Assembly: GCA_964005815.1 (NCBI GenBank)
Contig: CAXFSR010000037.1
Location: 1 to 64,000, forward strand
Source of the DNA: an uncultured Nitrospinaceae bacterium
Lineage (GTDB): Bacteria > UBA8248
Reading direction: 5' to 3'
DNA length: 64,000 nucleotides
The notes under the pieces were generated by a model. The model was not told where the DNA came from. It ran no database searches and was given only the letters and a program-made list of their open reading frames with translations. The translations under genes were made by a program, and so were the position numbers. This document shows positions 47,823-57,901 of the stretch, piece by piece. The stretch's first letter is position 1; the number at the start of each line of letters is the position of its first letter.

Positions 47823-49490
47823 ATGTTTAAGAAAAATGGATCTGGTCTTTTTTTAGAAACACTTTTGGACGAAGGGGTAAAATGTATCTTTGGAAATCCT
47901 GGAACTACTGAACTTCCTCTTATGGACGCTTTGGTAAACGAAAACAGGCTCGATTATGTGCTTTGTTTGCATGAATCTGTCGCCATTGGAGCAGCTGAAG
48001 GATACGCATTTGCAACTGGCGGTGTAGGAGTCGTAAACATTCACGTTGCCCCTGGCTTAGGAAACGCGATGGGAATGCTTTATAATTCCAAAAGAGCAGG
48101 GACACCTTTACTAGTAACTGCTGGAAATCAAGGTCAAGAAGGGCAACTATCAGAACCTATTCTATGGGATGACCTCCCAAGACTTGCTGCCCCCTTAACA
48201 AAATGGTCGCACGAAGTCAGAAGAGTTGAAGATCTTGAACAATGTGTTCGAAGGGCAATAAAAGTAGCTTTATCTCCTCCTACAGGACCTGTTTTTCTTT
48301 CACTTCCTGGAGATGTAATGTTGTCTGAAGCAGGAGATCCAACTGGTAGTCCTACAAGATTATCAAACAGAATTTGTGCTGGTGAAGATGTTATAGAAAA
48401 TGCAGTTAAACTTTTATTGAAAGCAAAAAAACCTTGCATAGTTGCAGGTTCTCGTGTTTTCAGATCTTCAGCATGCGATGAACTCGTAGAAGTATCAGAG
48501 CGTCTAGGAGCATTGGTTTACGGTGACAATAAACCTAATACCGCCTTCTTTCCTGCATCTCATAAACTTTATTGTGGAGAATTACCTAATACTATTGCAC
48601 CACTACTTGAGGAATTAGAAGGATCCGATGTTGTGTTCTTTATTGGAACAGAAACCTATACTTTATCGTTTCCACCAAGTGTTCCTCTTAAACCAAGAGG
48701 TGCTCAAGTTATCTATCTTGATAGCGATGCATGGGAAATTGGAAAAAATTTTCCTGTAGAAGTTGCAATGTTAGGAGATCCAAAAACTACCCTATCTAGG
48801 ATGATTGAGGTTATCAAAAATTTAGAAGAAGAAAGTGATCGAAAGATTATAGAAAACCGCCTTATAAAGGCAGAGGAAATTGCAGCGGCAAAGAAACAAA
48901 AAATAACTCCTAAGATTGAATTAAGTGAGGAAAGGGGAATGTCTCGCTCATCATTTATTGCGACTATTGGCGAAACAATCCCTGATGGGACTGCAATTAT
49001 TGATGAATCAATTACTACAGGTTGGGCTGGTATGCGTCAAGCTATTGCAAAAAAAGCTGGCCATTACTTTGGCATGAAAGGAGGCGGTATTGGTTTGGGG
49101 CTTCCTACCACCTTAGGAGTAAAAAAAGCTATGCCTGATACTCCAGTAGTTTGTATTTCAGGGGACGGATCCTCAATGTATACATTCCAGACTTTTTGGA
49201 CTGCTGCTCACTATGGATTGGATGCAGTTTGGATCATTGCAAATAATGGTAGCTATCGAATTTTAAAGGAAAGAGCAGTTAATTTAGGTGGGAAAACAAA
49301 TGAATTTCGAAAATTTGTAGCTATGGATTTACAAAATCCGTCTATTGACTTTCAAAATCTTTCAAAAAGTTTAGGAGTTTCTTCAATAAGAGTGGAAACA
49401 CCTAGTGAACTTAAAGAAGCGATTCACATGGCACTTGCTTCTAAGAAACCTCATTTAATTGATGCACTGATAATAAACGATGAATTATAA
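47823..49490 (+). CDS. Benzoylformate-decarboxylase-like ThDP enzyme
   Basis: FGNPGTTELP, LHES, NIHVAPGLGNAMG and GDGSSMY...NN motifs. Confidence 0.85.
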   Translation: MFKKNGSGLFLETLLDEGVKCIFGNPGTTELPLMDALVNENRLDYVLCLHESVAIGAAEGYAFATGGVGVVNIHVAPGLGNAMGMLYNSKRAGTPLLVTAGNQGQEGQLSEPILWDDLPRLAAPLTKWSHEVRRVEDLEQCVRRAIKVALSPPTGPVFLSLPGDVMLSEAGDPTGSPTRLSNRICAGEDVIENAVKLLLKAKKPCIVAGSRVFRSSACDELVEVSERLGALVYGDNKPNTAFFPASHKLYCGELPNTIAPLLEELEGSDVVFFIGTETYTLSFPPSVPLKPRGAQVIYLDSDAWEIGKNFPVEVAMLGDPKTTLSRMIEVIKNLEEESDRKIIENRLIKAEEIAAAKKQKITPKIELSEERGMSRSSFIATIGETIPDGTAIIDESITTGWAGMRQAIAKKAGHYFGMKGGGIGLGLPTTLGVKKAMPDTPVVCISGDGSSMYTFQTFWTAAHYGLDAVWIIANNGSYRILKERAVNLGGKTNEFRKFVAMDLQNPSIDFQNLSKSLGVSSIRVETPSELKEAIHMALASKKPHLIDALIINDEL

Positions 49491-49569
49491 ATAATTTGCA
49501 TTGTATTATTTTAATTACTTTTACTATCTAAGCATGATAAACATCTTGACCAAACAGTAAGATAAATGA

Positions 49570-49593
49570 GAAAAGGGTATATATACCTTTTTC
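49570..49593. promoter_or_regulatory. Palindromic candidate operator upstream of the ABC operon
   Basis: GAAAAGGGTATATATACCTTTTTC; 11 of 12 symmetric pairs match. Confidence 0.5.
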
Positions 49594-49665
49594 AAATAAA
49601 TTTTTTAATTTGAAATCGTTCAGGTCTCAGAGATTCCTTCATCGTCTTAGACTGGGGATTGTAAA

Positions 49666-50760
49666 ATGTTTACCGCTGAAAAGATGATAATTTTAACATA
49701 TAGTAGTTTTGCATATGCTGCATTACTATTTCTGCTCGCGAGTGGCTTATCACTTATATTTGGCGTTATGAGAATTGTGAACTTAGCCCATGCTGCTTTC
49801 TTTCTCTTATCGGGATACATTGCTCTAGAATTTTACAACATAATATATGGAACAGTCAGTTTAGTTCCCCGTTTGATACAAATAGTATCCTGGACCATAT
49901 TATATTTTGTTTGGAAGGCTATTTGTCAAAAATTGAGCGGCGGCAAATCTGCCCTCATTTTATTTCTAATCTATATAGTAGCTGAGATAATTTCAATCTC
50001 CATGTGGAATTTCGCGATTTATGAAAATCTCTTTTTTGTAAAAATCCCTGTCGTAGCTGTAGACAAATTAAACATATGGATGTTGATCGGTGCCCTTATT
50101 TTCACAATCACTGTTATCTCACTTGCTGGTTTTTTTGTGGAAAGAGTTTTTCTTAGACAACTTGGACAGGACACAATAGCTCAAGTTCTCGTCACAATAG
50201 GTTTTGCCTTTATTTTACAAGATGGTTCTTTATACATGTGGGGCGGCGATAATTATTTCTTTAATCTCCCAACTATACTTAGTGGAAGTTTCACTATACA
50301 AGGACTAACTTTTGAAACATTCCGTTTATTTCTATTCATCGTTGCTTTAGTTGTAGCCCTTGCGCTCTATTTCTGTATTGAACGGACTAGGCTGGGTGCT
50401 ATTATGCGTGCCACGGTAGATGACCCTGAAATGGCAAGAGGAATAGGAATTAACACAAACATAGTTTCAATGAGTATTTTTGCTATTGGAACTTCACTAG
50501 CTGCTATTGGAGGAGTCGTTGGAGCCTCTTTTTTAGGCGTTTATCCAGGACTTGATTTTGAAATTCTTCCTTATGCTTTTGCAGTTGTTATTATAGGTGG
50601 AATGGGTAGTCTTGGAGGGGCTCTTGTCGGGAGTATTGTTGTGGGATTAATCGAAAATTTTGCTACTGCTTTTTTCCCAGAGTTAAATTATTTTGCTCTT
50701 TTTGCACCTATGGCAATTATATTGGCTATAAAACCAACCGGATTATTTGGTAAAGGGTAA
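49666..50760 (+). CDS. livH: HAAT ABC transporter permease (LivH-like)
   Basis: ASGLSLIFGVMRIVNLAH, TRLGAIMRA and FAVVIIGGMGS motifs. Confidence 0.9.
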   Translation: MFTAEKMIILTYSSFAYAALLFLLASGLSLIFGVMRIVNLAHAAFFLLSGYIALEFYNIIYGTVSLVPRLIQIVSWTILYFVWKAICQKLSGGKSALILFLIYIVAEIISISMWNFAIYENLFFVKIPVVAVDKLNIWMLIGALIFTITVISLAGFFVERVFLRQLGQDTIAQVLVTIGFAFILQDGSLYMWGGDNYFFNLPTILSGSFTIQGLTFETFRLFLFIVALVVALALYFCIERTRLGAIMRATVDDPEMARGIGINTNIVSMSIFAIGTSLAAIGGVVGASFLGVYPGLDFEILPYAFAVVIIGGMGSLGGALVGSIVVGLIENFATAFFPELNYFALFAPMAIILAIKPTGLFGKG

Positions 50761-50763
50761 ATT

Positions 50764-51873
50764 TTGAAAATTATAGAATTGTTAATACCTTACATAGAAT
50801 TATTAATTTCTATTATTTCACTAGGTTTAGGTATTCTCTGTTATCTAAAGTTCGACAAGAATATAATTCTAAGAAAATTCTTGATGATGTTTTTTGGCCT
50901 TTTGACAATTGGGTGTTTAACTCCATTTCTGGATAAATACGTACCTCTCTCTCAACTTATCATGAACGAAATCCTTGTTTTTGCGGTTTTAGCAATGAGT
51001 CTAGATATTCTTATGGGATATACTGGCCTAGCTTCGCTGGGACACGCCGCATACTTCGGAGTATCTTCTTATGCATGCGCTATAGTGATGACAAAAACAA
51101 GTTGGGTAACATCTTTTGCAGCCTATACCTGGGCACAAAACAACGGACTTGGAATCATCTACCTCCTCGTAATAGCAATCGTTGTGGCCCTTTTTTTCGC
51201 AGCCTTTTTTGGTCTTCTTGCAATAAGGGCAACAGACGTCTATTTCTTGATGATCACTCTATCTTTGGCTATGGTAGTTTGGGGACTCGCATACCGTTGG
51301 AGTGCAGTAACAGAGGGAGATAATGGAATCAATGTTCCTGGAAGACCTTCCCTATTTGGGATAAATTTAGACAACGATTATAACTTTTACTTTTTTACAC
51401 TAGCTGTTTTTCTTATATGTTTCAGTATTATGTATCTTTTCGTGAACAGTCCATTTGGCAAATCGTTAGTCGGCATTAGAGAAAGTGAAGAGAGAATGAA
51501 AATGCTTGGTTATAACACCTGGCTTCATAAATATATAGCTTTCATAGTGGCAGGTATCTTTAGTGGCATAGCAGGATTTTTATGGACACTCTTTAATTTA
51601 TTCGTGAGTCCTCCTGATTTAGAATTGATTACCTCTGCCGAAGCACTTTTTATGGTTGCACTGGGAGGTCCAGCCACCTTACTAGGGCCGTTCATTGGGG
51701 CTAGTATCATTAAAATACTTCAACAGTTTGTAAGTATCTATGTAGAACGATGGCCTTTGATACTTGGCGCTATCTACATTATGACAATCATGATCAGCAG
51801 ATTATACAAGGTAGAAGGAATACTCGGTATTTTTAGTAAAATACGTAATTCGTCAAAAGAAATGGAAAAGTAG
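50764..51873 (+). CDS. livM: HAAT ABC transporter permease (LivM-like)
   Basis: SLDILMGYTGLASLGHAAYFG, YFLMITL and SPFGKSLVGIRE motifs. Confidence 0.9.
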   Translation: MKIIELLIPYIELLISIISLGLGILCYLKFDKNIILRKFLMMFFGLLTIGCLTPFLDKYVPLSQLIMNEILVFAVLAMSLDILMGYTGLASLGHAAYFGVSSYACAIVMTKTSWVTSFAAYTWAQNNGLGIIYLLVIAIVVALFFAAFFGLLAIRATDVYFLMITLSLAMVVWGLAYRWSAVTEGDNGINVPGRPSLFGINLDNDYNFYFFTLAVFLICFSIMYLFVNSPFGKSLVGIRESEERMKMLGYNTWLHKYIAFIVAGIFSGIAGFLWTLFNLFVSPPDLELITSAEALFMVALGGPATLLGPFIGASIIKILQQFVSIYVERWPLILGAIYIMTIMISRLYKVEGILGIFSKIRNSSKEMEK

Positions 51874-51911
51874 TAATTATTTTTTTTTTTTCACATAACG
51901 GAGGGTTCCAA

Positions 51912-53168
51912 ATGTTGAAAAAACTAGTTCTATTAGTAGCAGTAGTTGCGCTGAGTTTTACTTTTTCGGTAAAAGATGCGACTTCGGCGGAAAAAGAGTT
52001 TCGGATTGGTTGGCTTGCTGCAAAAACTGGTTGGGCAGCACAAATTGGTAAAGATATGACAAATGGTTTTAAAATGTACTTAGATCAGCAAAACTATAAA
52101 TTTGGTCCATTGAAAGTGAAATTTATATATGAAGATAATTTAGCAAAACCACCGGTAAACGTTAGAAAAGCAATGAAACTAATTAAACGTGATAAAGTTC
52201 ATCTTTTCTCGGGTGGTCTTCTTGCAAGTACAGGTTATGCACTTGCTCCAGTTGCGGAAAGAAGTGGAGTTTTATATATCTCTCCAATTCCTGCTGCAGA
52301 TGACCTAACTCAAAGAAAAAGATATAAAAACTTTGTTCGTTTAGGTTTCACTAGTAGTCAAAATAGTCATCCGCAGGGTCAGTGGGCTTGTGAACAAGGA
52401 TTTAAAAAAGTTGTGACTATTGCTGCTGATTACGCTTTTGGTTATGAAACCGTAGGTGGTTTTCAAAAGACTTTTGAAGCGTGTGGCGGTAAAATCATTA
52501 AAAAATTATGGCCAAAAATAGGAACAAAAGATTTCGCTCCTTATCTTGCTAAATTCCCAAAAGATTTGGATGCAGTTTTCACGTTAATGGTAGGCGGTAT
52601 GTCATTATCCTTCCCAAAACAATTTAGGGGAGCTGGATTTAAAGCTCCTATGCTAGGTGGAATCACTAGCGCTGATGAGTTCATCTTGCCAAATATGGGA
52701 GATGAAGCAATTGGATATATTACAGCTGGTCAATACAGTGCTGCATTGGACACAAAAAAGAACAGGGCATTTGTTAAAGAATATCAAAAACGATACGGAA
52801 AAATGGCTTCCTACTATTCCGAAAGTTGTTACACAGCTGCGTTGTTCATACACAAAGCTTTAGAAAAAATCAATTATAAATACGATAGAGATAAATTTAA
52901 AGCTGCAATGAGCTCCCTAAGAGTAGATGCAATTAGAGGGCCTGTTTACTTAGACAAATATGACAATCCAGTGCATAACGTCTATATTAGAAAAGTTGTT
53001 AGAATTCCTGGAGACCATAAAGGATTAGGTGTTAAACCAAATTCTCTTTGGAATAAAGTTATCAAGACTTACCCAGCAATAGGGCAATTCTATCCAGATT
53101 CAGCAGAGAAATTCCTAAAACAACCTGTTTACAGCAAGAATTATCCTGCATGTAAACATTGTAGATAA
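51912..53168 (+). CDS. HAAT ABC substrate-binding protein (aromatic-acid-binding subgroup-like)
   Basis: Signal peptide, AADDLTQR, DYAFGYE and DFAPYL motifs. Confidence 0.88.
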   Translation: MLKKLVLLVAVVALSFTFSVKDATSAEKEFRIGWLAAKTGWAAQIGKDMTNGFKMYLDQQNYKFGPLKVKFIYEDNLAKPPVNVRKAMKLIKRDKVHLFSGGLLASTGYALAPVAERSGVLYISPIPAADDLTQRKRYKNFVRLGFTSSQNSHPQGQWACEQGFKKVVTIAADYAFGYETVGGFQKTFEACGGKIIKKLWPKIGTKDFAPYLAKFPKDLDAVFTLMVGGMSLSFPKQFRGAGFKAPMLGGITSADEFILPNMGDEAIGYITAGQYSAALDTKKNRAFVKEYQKRYGKMASYYSESCYTAALFIHKALEKINYKYDRDKFKAAMSSLRVDAIRGPVYLDKYDNPVHNVYIRKVVRIPGDHKGLGVKPNSLWNKVIKTYPAIGQFYPDSAEKFLKQPVYSKNYPACKHCR

Positions 53169-53178
53169 ATTGTAACTA

Positions 53179-53216
53179 TGTTTGCCGCTTGATTTTTCAA
53201 GCGGCAAACAATTTTT
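53179..53216 (+). terminator. Intra-operon stem-loop / intrinsic terminator after the SBP gene
   Basis: 14-bp perfect stem TGTTTGCCGCTTGA-TTTT-TCAAGCGGCAAACA followed by ATTTTT. Confidence 0.8.
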
Positions 53217-53230
53217 AGATGGGATAGAAA

Positions 53231-53983
53231 TTGAATAATCAAGAAGTAGCTTTACAACTTGAAAATGTGACTAAAGAATTCGGTGGGCTAACTGCGGTTA
53301 ACGACGTATCATTTACACTTAGTCCCGGAGATAGAAGAGGTATACTCGGTCCAAATGGAGCCGGAAAAACTACTCTCTTTCATCTAATAACTGGAGTTAT
53401 ACCAATTACTAGGGGCAAAGTAACTCTTTATGACCAGGATGTTACTAACTGGCCTACACACAAAAGAGTCGAGCTAGGACTTGCAAGAACATTCCAGATA
53501 ACTAGTTTATTTTCCGGTCTTAGCGTTTACGAAAATGTTCTTTTAGCAGTACAAGGACTTACAAAAACTAAAATGGTAATGTTTAGACCGATATCTAAAT
53601 TCAAAAATATTCACGATAAAGTAGAAGAGTTATTGAGTTCATCTCAATTCTGGGAAAAAAGAAATACACAAATCAAAAATCTTTCCCATGGAGAACAAAG
53701 ACAATTAGAAATAGTGCTGGCACTAGCAAGTGAGCCTAAAGTTTTGATGCTCGATGAACCCACTGCAGGATTAGCAACAGGAGAATCTGCAGAGATGGCT
53801 AATTTTCTAAATTCATTAAGTAAAGATATTGCGATTTTAATTATCGAACATGACCTTGATGTTATATTTGATGTTGCTGAACATATTTTGGTTTTACATT
53901 ACGGTCAATTATTGACGGAAGGCAGTGTTGACGAGGTTAGAAATAATCAACAAGTGCAAGAAATTTATTTAGGACAAGGATAA
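53231..53983 (+). CDS. livG: HAAT ABC ATPase (LivG-like)
   Basis: GPNGAGKTT, ARTFQ, LSHGEQ, LDEPTAG and IEHD motifs. Confidence 0.93.
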   Translation: MNNQEVALQLENVTKEFGGLTAVNDVSFTLSPGDRRGILGPNGAGKTTLFHLITGVIPITRGKVTLYDQDVTNWPTHKRVELGLARTFQITSLFSGLSVYENVLLAVQGLTKTKMVMFRPISKFKNIHDKVEELLSSSQFWEKRNTQIKNLSHGEQRQLEIVLALASEPKVLMLDEPTAGLATGESAEMANFLNSLSKDIAILIIEHDLDVIFDVAEHILVLHYGQLLTEGSVDEVRNNQQVQEIYLGQG

Positions 53984-54690
53984 TGAGTACATTACTAAGT
54001 GTTCAAGAAATTCATACATATTATGGTGATTCCTATGTTTTACAGGGTATGAGTGTTGAATTAAAAGCAGGAGAAGCACTCGGAATCCTTGGAAGAAATG
54101 GGATGGGGAAAACTACACTCGTTAATTCTATCATGGGTTTTGTGCCACCAAGGGATGGAAAGATTTTATTTAAAGATAAAGAAATAACTAAAACATCGAG
54201 TTATGAAATTTCAGATATTGGAATAGGACTGTGCCCACAAGGTAGGCGAATTTTCCCAACACTTTCAGTAAGGGAGAACCTGATTGTTGCAGAACAAAAA
54301 AAAGGTACTTCTCGCTGGAACACAGATGCAATCTATGATCTTTTTCCTAGATTGGGGGAAAGAAAACTCCAACAAGCAGGTTCTTTGTCTGGTGGAGAAC
54401 AACAAATGTTAGCCGTTGGCAGAGCACTTATGACAAATCCCGATTGTTTAATTTTAGACGAACCTTCAGAAGGTTTAGCTCCTCTTATTATTCAGGATCT
54501 GGGAAATGCTATACGTTCTCTAAAAGAAGAAGGCCTTTCAATACTATTAGTAGAGCAAAATGCACCATTTGCAATCAAAACAGTGGATAGAGTAAACGTT
54601 ATTGAAAAAGGAAAAGTAGTTCTCGATACATCCCCAGAAGAATTATGGAATAATGAAGAAGTAAAGAAGCAATATTTGGGTATTGGTTAA
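53983..54690 (+). CDS. livF: HAAT ABC ATPase (LivF-like)
   Basis: GRNGMGKTT, LSGGEQQML, LDEPSEGLAP and VEQN motifs. Confidence 0.93.
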   Translation: MSTLLSVQEIHTYYGDSYVLQGMSVELKAGEALGILGRNGMGKTTLVNSIMGFVPPRDGKILFKDKEITKTSSYEISDIGIGLCPQGRRIFPTLSVRENLIVAEQKKGTSRWNTDAIYDLFPRLGERKLQQAGSLSGGEQQMLAVGRALMTNPDCLILDEPSEGLAPLIIQDLGNAIRSLKEEGLSILLVEQNAPFAIKTVDRVNVIEKGKVVLDTSPEELWNNEEVKKQYLGIG

Positions 54691-54704
54691 TTTAACGACC
54701 TAAT

Positions 54705-56996
54705 CTATTTATCTAAATTCTCAACAATTCGATCAGGTGATAAAGGAAGTATAGTAAAACGTTTTCCAGTTGCGTCAAAAATAGCATTTGCAACTGCAGC
54801 AGCAGTAGGCACATTTACTTGTTCACCGACACCTTTTGCTCCGTAAGGACCATTTGAATAATGATCTTCAACGATGTATCCCTTGATACAATCTGGAATA
54901 TCTAATCCCGTCGGAGCCAGATAACCATGCATGTCAGGATTAGACATCACACCATCTTTTTGGACAATTTCTTCCATGAGACAAAAACCTAACCCCATAT
55001 ACACACCACCCTCAATCTGTTGCAAAACACCCATTGGATTAATAGCTTTTCCTACATCATGTGCAGCCCATACTCCTACAATTTCAACTTCTCCAGTTTC
55101 AGGATCTAAAAGAATTTCCGCAACTTGAGAGCCAAAACCATATACTTCATATGGTTCTCCTAGACCAGTTTCTTTATCTATCTTTGCAGGAGGGGCAATG
55201 CTATCCGATGCTCCTAAAAGCTTTAACTCATCAGAAACAAATCCCTTAGCAATATCTTCCAGATTAATTTCCTTTCCTACAAAGGACTTAGAACGAACTA
55301 CTCCTTCATACAATTCGAGATCCCCTGGATTTGCTTCTAACAAAAAACCGGCCAATCGAAGTAATTCATCTCTAGCCTTTACGGATGCGTTAAAAACAGC
55401 TTTTCCACCTTGCATGGTTATACGAGAACTTGAACTGGTTCCACCAAAAGGGTCTAGAGAAGTATCTACATTTTCCATTAAAATTTGATCGAAAGGAATA
55501 TCAAGAGTTTCGGATGCAATTTGATTTAATACTGTTTTACTTCCTTGCCCGAAATCAACCACTCCGGCAGCGACTTGAATTTTTCCCTTTGATGTTAAAA
55601 AAACGTGAGCCTCTGCAGGAGAATAAGCATTGCCCGTACCGTACAGACAACTCGCAACTCCTATACCTCTCAATCTTCCGTCAGTTTCTGATTGTTTTCG
55701 ATTTTTCTTTGATTTCCAGTTTGAAACATTTTCAACTTTCTCAAGTGATTCTACTAAACCAACACTTTCAGACAAAACCTGATTCCACGCCGTTTTAGTA
55801 TTCTTTTGAAGACCATTTTTTGTACGAAAACGAATTGGGTCTATTTTTAGCAAACTAGACAATTCGTCTATTTGTTGCTCACAGGCAAAATGTACTTGTG
55901 GACAACCTGGACCTCTCATCTGACCACCATAGGGATTATTAGAATGAACACAGTAAACATCTACTTTCACGTTCGGAATCTGATAGGGACCTGGAGAATG
56001 ATACAGGGCTCTTTTAAAAGCAGGAGGGGTATCTCCTCCATTTGCTACATAGGCTCCTTTATCCAACCAAATTTCAATTTCACATGCCATCAAAATTCCA
56101 TCTTTCGTAGAACCAAGACGACTCCGAACAACTGAAGGATGCCTTTTTGTTGAACCGATCATACTTTCTTCTCTAGAATATACAAGTTTCACTGGACGTC
56201 TTGACGCACGAGCTAAAAGTGCAGATCTCAGGCAAACATCCAAGCTAGCTTCACTCTTTCCTCCAAATGCCCCACCTGGTGTTGTCTGCTTGAATCGAAC
56301 CGAACCTTCTCCAGTCAATCCCAAAATACGAGCTACATTTTGACGAACAAGAAATGGTTGTTGAGTAGAACCCCATATTTGATACTCTCTTTCAGTAAGA
56401 GGCATAGCAATAGCAGATTCTACTTCCAAATAAAAATGATCAATAGCAGGAGTCCTATATTCTTTCTCTACTACTACATCACAAAGTTCAAATCCTTTTT
56501 TCAGATCTCCTTTGCGAATTTTTCCATGATTCAAAAGATTGCCGTCAGGAAAAAGTATAGGAGCATTTTTCTTCAATCCATTGACCGGATCATCAGTCAC
56601 TTTCAAAACTTTATATTTTACGACAATTTTGTCCAATGCTTCATCAGCAGCCTCATTCGTCTCGGCCGCAATTAGAGCAACTACATCACCCATATAGCGA
56701 ACACGATCTTTCGCTATTAAAGGAGTACTCTTAATATGTTCAGTCATTCTGAGTTCTGCTTCAAAGTCGCTGCCAGTAAGAATTGAAACTACACCAGGGA
56801 TTTTTTTTGCTTCCTCTACTTCTACGGAGAGAATTAGTGCATGTGCATATGGAGTTCTGAGAGCTCGTCCTATAAGAACCTCTTCCGGAACAATATCGTC
56901 AAGATAAAATGTTTCTCCTGTTGCTTTTTCTTTAGTATCAATAAATGGCTGAGCAGTTCCAACTACAACACCACCCATATCCTTTGCTTCGGCCAT
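54705..56996 (-). CDS. Xanthine dehydrogenase family molybdopterin-binding large subunit
   Basis: LRTPYAHA, GGAFGGK, MRGPG.PQ, GQGSKT, QIEGG..MGLG and GAKGVGE motifs. Confidence 0.93.
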   Translation of the reverse strand: MAEAKDMGGVVVGTAQPFIDTKEKATGETFYLDDIVPEEVLIGRALRTPYAHALILSVEVEEAKKIPGVVSILTGSDFEAELRMTEHIKSTPLIAKDRVRYMGDVVALIAAETNEAADEALDKIVVKYKVLKVTDDPVNGLKKNAPILFPDGNLLNHGKIRKGDLKKGFELCDVVVEKEYRTPAIDHFYLEVESAIAMPLTEREYQIWGSTQQPFLVRQNVARILGLTGEGSVRFKQTTPGGAFGGKSEASLDVCLRSALLARASRRPVKLVYSREESMIGSTKRHPSVVRSRLGSTKDGILMACEIEIWLDKGAYVANGGDTPPAFKRALYHSPGPYQIPNVKVDVYCVHSNNPYGGQMRGPGCPQVHFACEQQIDELSSLLKIDPIRFRTKNGLQKNTKTAWNQVLSESVGLVESLEKVENVSNWKSKKNRKQSETDGRLRGIGVASCLYGTGNAYSPAEAHVFLTSKGKIQVAAGVVDFGQGSKTVLNQIASETLDIPFDQILMENVDTSLDPFGGTSSSSRITMQGGKAVFNASVKARDELLRLAGFLLEANPGDLELYEGVVRSKSFVGKEINLEDIAKGFVSDELKLLGASDSIAPPAKIDKETGLGEPYEVYGFGSQVAEILLDPETGEVEIVGVWAAHDVGKAINPMGVLQQIEGGVYMGLGFCLMEEIVQKDGVMSNPDMHGYLAPTGLDIPDCIKGYIVEDHYSNGPYGAKGVGEQVNVPTAAAVANAIFDATGKRFTILPLSPDRIVENLDK

Positions 56997-57100
56997 AAAA
57001 ACCTCAATCAGAAGAGAAATCGTATATATATATTTTTACAAACACTGATATTATAATAGGAAAAACCAAGAAAGCCTAATCTCCAAAAAAGGAAAATGAA

Positions 57101-57886
57101 TTGTTCTTGAAAAAAAAATATTGCTTAAGAATTCTCATTTTTTTTATAAGTTGTCTTTTTATAAATCTAACTGCTTGTTCTAATTTGCAAACAAAGCAAG
57201 AAAAAAATCTATCTTGGTCGAATTGGGGAGAAATGATTACCTTAAATTCGAAAATTCAAAATTGCATAACAATCACTGCACCACATGGAACAAACGATGT
57301 AAAAACCGATATTCTCGTTAAAAGAATTTCTGAACTTGGAAATTTTCCATCTGTAATTGCAACTGGTTTTGTTGAAAAAGATGGACTTATACGAAATAGA
57401 ATCAATGTAAACCGACCTTCTGAAAAATTTAATTCTGGAACTACAAAAATGCATTTTTTCTCTAAAAGATCCGAATTAGTATACAAAGAATTTTTAAAAA
57501 GAGTTTTAAGTGTTCACACAAATTTTACTAAAAGTCTTTATGTAGAAATTCATGGACAATCTAAGTTTCCACAAGAAATAGAAATTGCTACGAAGGGGAT
57601 CTCTTCGTATGACGCATATATTTTCTTCCAACTTTGGGAAAAAAACAAAAATATAACAAAAAAATCAAAAATGATTTTCAATAATATTGAATTGCGAATT
57701 GAACCACTTCACTCTATATATTATAGAGCGACAGACAATAAAGATTTTGGAGTGATATCAAAGGTCAAAAGAGCTCTACATATAGAATTACCAAAAATTT
57801 TGAGAACAGTACCAGAGTATAGAACATTAACTGCAAAATTAATTACAAAAGTACTAATAGAATTCAAAGAAAATTTTTGCCATTAA
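57101..57886 (+). CDS. Lipoprotein, possible Zn-amidohydrolase (poly-gamma-glutamate hydrolase / N-formylglutamate amidohydrolase-like)
   Basis: Lipobox NLTAC; APHG..D, NVNRP, VEIHG and HIEL motifs. Confidence 0.5.
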   Translation: MFLKKKYCLRILIFFISCLFINLTACSNLQTKQEKNLSWSNWGEMITLNSKIQNCITITAPHGTNDVKTDILVKRISELGNFPSVIATGFVEKDGLIRNRINVNRPSEKFNSGTTKMHFFSKRSELVYKEFLKRVLSVHTNFTKSLYVEIHGQSKFPQEIEIATKGISSYDAYIFFQLWEKNKNITKKSKMIFNNIELRIEPLHSIYYRATDNKDFGVISKVKRALHIELPKILRTVPEYRTLTAKLITKVLIEFKENFCH

Positions 57887-57901
57887 AAAAAGATTAAAAA
57901 A

